Assembly (NCBI GenBank): GCA_905178155.1
Contig: CAJINV010000003.1
Span: forward strand, 10,237,979-10,301,978
Source: Amoebophrya sp. A120
Taxonomy: Eukaryota > Protista > Dinoflagellata
DNA length: 64,000 nt
Direction of reading: 5' to 3'
Positions 12,495-22,400 of this stretch are shown here, piece by piece. Both the position numbers and the translations under genes were made by a program. The notes below the pieces were generated by a model. It made no database searches. It saw only the letters and a program-made list of their open reading frames with translations, and was not told where the DNA came from. Position 1 is the stretch's first letter. Each line of letters starts with the position of its first letter.

Positions 12495-13478
12495 CCCGTG
12501 GGGCCGCGTACATTCATCAACTCCAGCACAGCTGAGGCATGTTTTTTTCGCGCCGCGGCCAAGCGGTGCTGTGTTTAGGAACGCGACGGAGCAGTGGGAG
12601 CGGCCGAGATGCAGTGTTGTAGATGTAGCTGTGCTTTGGAGTGAGGTCATGTAGCGAGGTCATGAGCGTTCAGTTCTCATGTGGTAGTTGAAGTTGTAAC
12701 AGATATCGTCCTCACGCTCACCGATCGAAGATTTTTCGCAGCACATAGGAAACGACGTAGTCATGCACTATTAATATAAATTAAAAAACGTAAACCTAAA
12801 CGCTGTCAATGTTTAAGCTCACACAGCGACAACGTGTAGCATACGTAGCTGCCTCCTGCGTGTGCTATATGCTTTGCACCATACCCACACGCGGGCGCAT
12901 GTCCTAGCTACGTATATAATACTACACGCGACGCGCTGCGCACGCGCCGAAAGATGCTTAGTATAAATATGCATAAGCACAAACGTTGACCCGCGCGCGC
13001 GCGGCGCGCGCCACGACAGATCCTTGCCATATGCCTGCATATGTCGATGGATCCGCGCGCGCGCGGCGCACGTCACGGAAAAGCTTAAGCTTTGCTACGT
13101 GCCTACATATGTCGATCCGCGCGTATACAGTGCGCGTCCCTAAGAAAACCTTGCTCCTATCATGAGCATATGTCTATCCGCCCCGAAAATGTTTTTACGT
13201 ACATGCGGTTGCGCCTGCATGTGGCGCCGCTCGGTGCGCCAGGTGGCGCGGTCGGTTTCGACGTTCGGTGGGCCGCCTACATGTCCCAAAAACCTGGCAT
13301 GACTTGGCATACTTACATGACCTACATGCCCTGCAGGCTATATGTGCAAAATTTTGCTGAGAGTAATGTAAAAGTTGCAAACTTATTCGTTAAAGTTTGG
13401 ATTTGATGTAGCTGAGGTTGAGGCCGTAAGGTCATAGCGCACGCACTTTAATTTAAAGTCCAGCATCAGCAGCAAAGC

Positions 13479-16400
13479 ATGGCAGCCCAGGGAGGCGTGG
13501 AGCTGCGCGGCGTCGTGGAGGAAGAAGAGGAGGAGGGGCCCGCGGTCGAGGGCGAGATCGAGCCTGTGAAAGACGCCGACAATGCGGACCAGGGTTTCGA
13601 CTGGAATCGTTCGTGTGCCTACAAAACGATGAAAATAGTGCGCGTGCGTGATCGCTACCTGGGAATGCTTTATTGGGCCATCGTGGTGGGCGTCATACTG
13701 TACATTGTCATCGTGGCTGTAGGACTTGATGGAAAGCACCAAAGACAGGAGCCCGGGCTTGGAAGCACGATAGTGAAGTTCCGCGGTAAGGCCTTCAACG
13801 CCAGAAAAGAAGCCTTCGATCAGGCGGATTTGAGGTATGTGCACTGACATTGTGTTGCGGAACGCGAGCTATAGTCTCGGTGTTGCGGCAGCCCTTTTGT
13901 TTCTCTCCTTGTTTGCGCAATGAATTTGTGCCGCAAGAGCACTACAAAAAACCCAAATGCGTGTACCGACGTCACCAGTTTTGTTGATTGATGTAGGTAG
14001 GAATTATCTGCATTGGCGTTTATTTTTTAATACGTTCATGCTCATGGGGCAGGGGCTGATTATTTAAGAATAAGATTAAATATATGTTGTTGTTCTTTTC
14101 GCAGCAGTTTTTTCTTTCGGGAATCAATTGATGCGTCTTGCGTGATGTTGTATGGAATTGCAACTAACAGTGGCATGCTTTTGCAAATAATGATGAGATA
14201 CCCTGAAATCGAGCCGGGCGGTGCTTTTATTGTGACCCGTAGCGTGACCATGAAGGAACAGTCTCCCGGTGCGTGTGTTGATTATGATAAGCCGTGCAAA
14301 GCGGGCGACGACGACCCAAACGTGTGCACGGACTGCGATGCCGCGAGCAAGCATTGTAACTCTCCGCGTTCATGGTGCCCGAGCATCGGCGCTGGGAATG
14401 TAGCAAAATTGACCGACGACGGGAGCACCATCATGGTAGAGGAAATGGTTTCGGGCATGGAAGAAGGAGTCGTGGAGTTTTTCGCGGGCATCTCCTTCCC
14501 TGGAATGGCCAAGAAGTTTTACGTGGCCGGGCAAACAGAGGAAGATCCGCAAGGAGTCCACGAGCTCCGGAATGTCACGCTGGCCAATCTGCTCCAGAAT
14601 GCGGAAACGACCTACGCCGACGTGAAACAGACTGGGGCGGTGCTGGCTGTTGCCTTCTACTGGAACTGTGATGTGCGGTATTAGAGGAAAAAGTTGTCCC
14701 TCGCTATCATTCGATCAGCATTCGGATCATCATCATCATCAGCATTCGCTGCATCCATCGTTTTTTTGTTCTTCGTAGAGGAGTCTGTGGGGAGCCGGAA
14801 GATATTTATTTATAGCAAGCGAGCACCATTGTTTTAGTTTTAAGCGATCACCATTGTGAGGCTCCGGATCATGAGGGCCAAATGTTGGAAAAAAGACCAC
14901 AAAAATTTGCAAGCCTCTTTTTTTCCCATGGCGAGGAACGCCACGCGCCGTGGCGTGTTGTGCTCCCTGGCTTCAAGTCATGCGTGGGCTATTTTTCCAG
15001 TTTGCTTCGCGATTCACTTCATATTTTAAACGTTTTGCCGAAATTCGCGGGCTTCCTCTCATCCCGATTGTAGGTTGTGTGGTGGGCGCAGTTAGATTTC
15101 TATTCCGTTTGCCGGATCGATAACACCGTCGACCCTGTGACCATATGCAAGGCGCTTCCCGGTTTTTCCGGTTTGCCTTGTTGCTTCTTTTCAATTTACC
15201 AAAAAAAGTTCCCAACTTCATACCCTTTCAAAAAGTTTCCGATAACACGAGCGGAATCGGAAAGATTTCGCGAATGTGTCCGAGAGTTTTCGTTCTCTTT
15301 TTTTTCTCTTTTCGTGTTTTTTCGCGAAAGTCGATTTTTGTCATTTTTTGAATTTGCCACTTTTTTTCAAACAATGTCAATCCGTTACGGATTGACATTC
15401 GCAGCGAAATTTATAATCAATGCGAGTCGTATGAGACCTACACAGCAATCGCATTGCTCCCATTGCTCGCATTGGTCGCCTCGTAAAGACGTGGCGCCAG
15501 GATGCCCAAGATGGCCCTCCCAGCACCCTCCCCCGCTTAGTATCTGGTGACCGTGTCGCGATTCGCGGCGGCGTGGCCGCCTACCATTCTTTTTTTCGAA
15601 AGTGACGGCCCAGAAAAAAAAAGAAGTCGGGGCCGCGCCGGCAATAGTTAACAACGAGGCCCACTCGTGGCGCTTCTAAATGAGGCCACAAAGGTGGCCG
15701 CATTTTAGGCAGTGCGGGCACTAGTAGGCCGAGGCTACTTAGCAAGAATAGGCCTAGGCGCGAGATGTTTCGTTCTTAGGCTGCCACCCGCCGGGAGTAA
15801 GCTAGGGGGCCAGGCCGCGCACCGAGTGGCGCGCCCGCTCGTGTTGTGTTCTGGCGCAGGCAAAGCTCCACACTGGCCGCAGCGCTAGGTGCGGGGTGGC
15901 GTATTCTAAAACGGCGGCTCGGTCGGGTGGGAAGTACCGATGACGGAGGGGGCCGCGGGCCGTTCGGCGCGCTCGTATGGGGATCGTATTGGTCCGATTG
16001 CTCGCATTGGTCGCCTCGTGCTGACCCTGGATTCTTATAAATTTCGCTGACATTGTTTTAGTTACCGCCTCGGGCTGCTTTCCCAAGTATCAACAAGATC
16101 GAACCCCAGTAGAGGCAAAAGGAGCAAAATCATAACTCCCGGAAAAAATAAAGCGAAAAGATTTGCCCTTGTGTGTTTGCATTTCTCGCGACCGGCCCGG
16201 CCTTGCCTGTCCCCGCTCAGATGTTGGCAGCCTGGGCATGGTTTCGGGCCTTGGCCTCCAGATTGAGGCCGCGGAGTTTGCTGCAGCGCCTGTTCGGAAG
16301 TTTTGATCTGTCCAATGGTCGGCCAGGTTTGGTTTCCGTGCCTTTGGCGTTGTCTTTTTGGGTTTAGGGTTTTGTTTAGGGTTAGGGTTTAGGGGGTAGA

Positions 16401-19400
16401 GGGGCGCGATTTTTTTCGGACACGCGGCAATTTATGTGAGACGAGAAATCTGAAACAATTCAAAAACTTTTTTCTTGGAATTTTTTTCCGGGATTTCTGA
16501 TTTTATGCAGCAGCCGCAGGAGAATCATCCTATGGGATGGCCAATGCTCTATGGGAGCGATCTTCTGCGGAGAAGTGCTGGCGCCGGCATCGTGGAGCGC
16601 CTACCCCTCTATCATAAGAGAATCTGCCTGGGTCTCTGTCCGTCTATAGGCAAGAAGCCTCGCGATCCATCCGCGGTCGGAGCCGCAAACTGCAACAGCC
16701 TGCCAGCCGCAAAAGTCCCGAAGTAAAAACAGGGCGGGGGGGGCGGGGAAAATCAGCAGACCCAAGGGTCTACCGTCTGCACTAACGTGCTCAGGTTCTG
16801 GATACCGTGCAAAGGCTAGGGCGGGGAAAGTATAAGACACCGCCCGACCAGCCTCAGCCTTGACTCACAGGCTCGCAAGACTCCTGCTGTGCGGGCATAC
16901 GTTTTACGCAGTAGTCGCAGGAGGATCATCCTATGGGATGGCCAATGCTCTATGGGAGCGATCTTCTGCGAGGAAGTGTTGGCGCCCGCATCGTGGAGCA
17001 CCTACCCCAACGCCGGAGGAGCAACGCGCCGAAGCAGGACAAAGAACCCCGAGCCGCCCAGCGGCAGACAGATGAATTTGGGCAACGGACCGAGCCCCAT
17101 CGATGAGGACGCGACAGAAACGAAGGCGAAGAAAAGACAAGGGGCGCGCAGTCTCTCTCTCCGTGCCACGTCTCTCTGTGAACAAAAGGCAATAGACAGA
17201 GATAAAATCCAATGGGTGTGAGGCCCGCGAAGGTGCGTGGCAATCAATGGAGCAAACTATGCGGCGCCGAGGATCAAATAATGTATCCCAAAAAGAACAG
17301 ACTCCAGACAAGCCCCGGGCCGTCTCAAATAGCTTGCGCACTGGTTCAATATAGTAGACAAACGCGGAAGCTATTTTTTCGCCTTCGCCTTGGCCTCATG
17401 CACAGCCCCCGCCCGCTCCGGTTCGAAACCCCAGCGGCACTTCTCGGCAACGCGCTTGATCTCTTCGCAAGAGGTCGGCGGGGAATGGCGGTAGACACAG
17501 CTACGCCGCTCGCGCTTGCCCTTCTCCAGGAACGTCGCACAAGGGCCGCGACTACTGCCCGGGCCGTTCTCCGTACGCCGGCGCTTCGCGTCGTCGTCCT
17601 TATCCCCCGGGGGCTTAGTGTTGTTCTCGATTCGCACCAGGCACAGGCCCTGGAGCCAGTCCCACACCCGAAGGGCGTAGAGTTGGACGCTGTCCACCTG
17701 CGCCACCTTCTTGAAGCCCCCCGCCCGGCAGCACCAAAGTCGCCAAATCGGCGCGCCGCACTTTGTGGAGGATTTTCGTGAGCTTCTCCGGACCCAGCAA
17801 AAACCCGAAGCGCAGGATGACTGTGAGCGCCCAGCCGTTCACGAGGTGCACTGCCTCGCCCGCCATGAAAATGGCCGCCGTCACAATCTGGACCATGTGC
17901 GTGATGTCCTTCGCAGTGATCTGGTGAAGGGTTCGCTCTTCGACGTGTTTACACAAGGCGGACCAGGCGGGCGAGGAACAAAGGCAATCCGGGGCGACTC
18001 CAGCCTGCGCGGCCACGGCTTCGAGTCCCTTTTTCTCCGTCGTCATCTTGGTGGCGACTTCCCCCAAGACTTTGCCCAAAGCCCCGGAACGGGCCTGCTT
18101 CGCGGCAGCTTCCGCACCCCCATCCTGCTGCTCTTGCAGCTGCAGCTGCTCAGCAGGAAGCTCATCACGGCCGTCCATTTTTGCGCGACAGAGGAAAAAT
18201 AGATGGCGCTCACGACTGAAGTCTGAGGACACAATATCGAAAATCCACGGAGGACGTCTCAAGTTCCCTAGCTCCCTGGAAAGACAAAACAAAGCAGGAA
18301 GAAGCGCGCGCCAAATTTGCAGGAGACCGAAGTGATCAAAGTAAGATCCTGCCGGGGATTTAAGCGCGCAGGATGGGCCGAGCGCCGCAAAAGCAAGAAC
18401 AGAGCCCCATTTCTAGGCCACGAAGATTGTAACCCCGATCCAAATGGGCCACCGCCGAGAGTGTGAGGAGAGAGAGACCCGGGCCGCCACTTGCAGCGAG
18501 AGCTGAAATTTACAGGAACCAGGAAGGACGGCGAAGCTAACAGCCCCAGGAACATGAGCCGAGAGAATTTCTGGAATCTGCACGGAACCAAGTAGCCGCG
18601 TAGCGCGGTGCAATTTGCGGAAAAACAGAGAGCGGGCAGAACCTACAAAATCCCGAGGGAAGTGTCTCGCTTGGGCACTTCGTGCAGTCCTTTCGTGCGG
18701 CTATAATAGCACACCTTGGCGGGGGACGCCCAACGTGAAGGATTCGCAATGACTAAACTACTATGGCCGTGCTCCAATAGAGTTAGGAGAAGGCCAGTCC
18801 GCAGGCTATGGGAAGAAAGTAGTTTGTATCTCATACCTGCCTGCGCGACAATCGCTCAACATCGATCCCCCGAACCGCATAGAGGGCCCCCCGGTACGCG
18901 TGCAGGCACGACGCACGGCCTCCGGATTCGCGGGAACACTTCACCCGAATCGCCTGCGTGGCATTGCTCTTCAACACTACTCCCCGCAAGTCTAGGCCAG
19001 TGGAGTGCTGCCCCCACAGGATTTTTATCCCGGCGCCGACTTTCAGCGCCTCCGACTCCCGCAACCCAAAATCAACCAGATCGGGCCCCAGTCCCGGCAA
19101 ATTATAAAAATTCATGGCGCGACTTTGAAAAAATTCGCCGACGACTTCTCTTTCGAAAAAAAATCGGGCGCGGATGATGGGGGTTTCTACATTTTCCGTA
19201 TTGCCCCTCGTCCTTCGCGGCTTCCGTGTGTGCCTTTGGGTGTGTTGGGCCTTTGGGGTGGTTCGCGTTTTGCCGGAAGAGTGCCGAGCCCCCCGGTGTC
19301 TTTTGTTTTTTCCCAGGATTCTTCCGCGCCCGGGGGAGGGGCAGTTGTTTTTTGCCGACGGCCGGCCGGGTTTTTTTCCGGGATTTGGAACGCGGAGCCG

Positions 19401-22400
19401 GTAATTTATTACGACAAAAAAAATTTTTATTACGACAAAAAATTTAAAAAAATTCAAAAAAATTCAAAAAAAATTGTCGTGAACAAAACGGCTTAGAAAT
19501 CCCTATGGTTTGGGATTTGTCGCCTTTTTTCAATTTTTTTCCGTTTTTTTGACAGATGATTGACAGATGATTGGTCGTAAGAAATGCAGAAAAAAACTGC
19601 AAATGTCCCGTCTGGGTATGAAGTTCAATTTGGAGTATGTGGGTCGTGGCCCGCTGCTCGACAGCCCCTTGGCCTTTCTTAGGGGCCGGCGCCCCCGTTG
19701 TTGTGCTTCCCTCGGCCGGCCCTTTTTCTTTCTGGGGTTCCCCTTTTTCACCTTCGCCTGCGCCCTCCTTTTATCTTTGCCTTCCCTGGGCCCGTGGATT
19801 CGTCGCAGATCTCGGGCCACCACGTCCTTCGGGCGGGATTTTTTTCTTCTCCGAAAGTCTTTCGAAAGTCCCGGCATGAATTTTTATAATTCGAGCCCAC
19901 TGGCGGCCGATCTGGTTGACCAAAAAGAAAAACCAGCAGAAGCTGGGCCCGGTCTATTGTGTTCCCGATCTGCGTAATGCGCTCCCGAAAAAGTGGCGCT
20001 TTCTGGCTGTGGTTGAACACGTATACAAGTGCACAGCTCCCCCTCCCCCTCAAAATATTCCTCCTTCATAATATTTCGCAATTTATTTGGTTGCCAAGTG
20101 GTGCGCTTTTATGTCACCAAGTGCTGCACTTTTGTGCCATTAAATCGCGCACGTTTCGACTCCAATAAATGCGCAGCGATCGCGTTGCGTTTTGTGGCAG
20201 CAAACGCGTCGCAAAAGGTCGCGGGCCCGGGTCGTGTTCGTGCCTTTGATCGGTCGAGCCTGTGATCTCCGCACACCTGGCGCAGAAATGAATCGGGGCC
20301 AGATGACTGCGTCAGGAATGATAATGAACAAGGAGACGGCAGCAAGCAACCAGAAGAAAAGGGCGGGCCTTCTTCTGCGTGTAAGAAGTTGCAAGACTTC
20401 TGGCAAATGCTCGCCAAGTCGCCAGCTTTTGCGTCGTCAAGTCAGCGACTTTTTTGCGACCTCGGAAATCAGCTCAAAGAGTGTTGCTCTTTGATCGCTA
20501 ATCGCGATGCTATGGGCCCACTCACCCTCATGAGGGAAAGTGGACAACTTTGGCGAGGGGGAGTGAGCCCATAGCATCGCGATTAGCGAAACGCGCAGCG
20601 TTTTGGCCCCGGCAAATCGTCCCCATAGCGCGCAGGCTAGCTCCTAGAAAAAAACTAAAAAAGTGCGCGCTTTGTCATTCAAGTCATTCGCTTTTTGTCA
20701 CTCAAGTCAGCGACTTTCCGAGCTCGGATCTGCGAGCCGCAAAAAAGGAACAAAAAGTATCACACTTCGATGGCTAATCGCGATGCTATGGGCCCACTCC
20801 CCCTCATGAGGGGAAGGGAACAGCTTTGGTGAGGGGGGGTGAGGCTAAAGCATCGCGATTAGCTTTCACAGCATGGCGAGAGACTGCAAACGTTTGCGAC
20901 GCTTTTGGCCGCATAAAAAGCAACGCAAACGCTTCGCATTTGGGGCCGAATTGTGCGCGATTTGATGACATGAAAGCGCGTTATTTGGTGACATAGAAGC
21001 GCGCTACTTGGTAACCAAGTAAGTGCTTAAGTATTAATATTTTGAGGGCCGGGGAAGCTGTGCCGCAAACTACTGAGAAGGGACCAGATGGAACCCTCCT
21101 CGACCTCGGTGAGTGAGAGCTGCCCACTTCCCCGCCCCTGTTTCATCACTAGGCTGGCGTCGTCGTCAAAAGTCTTGTAGTCCGTGGCTAAAGAAATCGC
21201 CACAAAATTCTCCAGACCCCGGTAGGAAACATACAGGCCAGGGATCGACTCCCTGCGCCCTGGAGATTCTTTCGTGCTTCACTATGCGGGACTTCGTTGT
21301 CGAGGCGGAGGACAGCGAAGTCATTTGCCCGAGAAACTGAACGCACTGCGACAAAGCCACTGGATCGGCCGCGAGCCGGCGCGGCGTCTGCGTTTGCGCT
21401 GAGGTGCGAGGCTTGCGAGTCGTGTCACCCGCTGCAGGAGCAGCAAAATCCTTGGCCCCCGACGCCACACCTTCCAAAACCTGCGCTACCCTGTCGCCCC
21501 ACGGGAGCGGCGCGCGCGCATGTTCCTTTTGGCGAGTTTCTTGCTTCTCTTTCAGACTTTTGAGTACATGAAGCATGGCGAAAAGTGGTAGAAACAAAGC
21601 ACGCAGGCCGGTATTCCAAATCCCAGCGGTACTATTGTACGGAAAAAGCGAATAGCGGCGACAGGAGGAATCTATCCGGGAAAGCAGTGTGCTCAAAACC
21701 CTGAGAAAAGAGCAACGTAGCCAAAATAAGAGGGACTGGGACAGGGCCGAACTAAAATGCCCAAGGGGAATGATCTCCAACGCCGCAGCTTGCTTCACTC
21801 AGCAAAATACTCTGACCCAAGCAATTCACCACAGCGATCCCATTTCGGTCGGACAGTCTCGGTCTCGCAGAGCGATGAGAGAAGAGAGGTCAACAGCCAC
21901 AGGCTAGCGCTCCTGTCAGGGAGAAAGTTCGCAAGGGTAACGGGCCCGAACCGCCAGCGCCAGACGACCCCTCCTCCCATCGCAAAGCGAGGCCACAGAC
22001 TCAGACTGTTGCCCCTTCGGGCAAACAGTCCACAAGTACCGTCTCCCCACCGCGGGAAGGGCACAAAAGCCATCCCTGCCACAACTTCAGCTAGGGGAAG
22101 CAAAGGGCTCGCCTCCTCACATCGAGGAGGGCACCACGCTCCTCCCCCCACAGCAGGAAGAGGAGACTACGCACACCCTTGCTACATCAGCGTAAGGCTC
22201 TGACAAGCTCACTCTCTTCACATCAAAGAGAGGAGGACGGCGCTCCCCTTCCCACATCGAGAAGGGGGGCAGACTACTACCACGGCAGGGGCGTAACTCC
22301 TTGGAACCTGAGAAAATACAGCAGAGAAAAACCAGCAGAGCCAAGGGTCTACCGTCTGCGCTAACGTTCTCAGGTTCTGGATGCCGTGCAAAGGCTAGGG

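Larger units (their letters stand above)
18643..21330 (-). pseudogene. DIRS/Ngaro-type tyrosine recombinase, interrupted by two TIR insertions and frameshifts
   Basis: Box I IDRAQLLLVFLFG|LRESEAL is restored by removing 19072-19925. Box II reads SSHSLRTGLLLTLLEHG...SRWASPAKVCYY. An N-terminal core-binding-like segment reads RISRAQGVDPWPV...GLENFVAISLATDYKTF. Confidence 0.85.
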
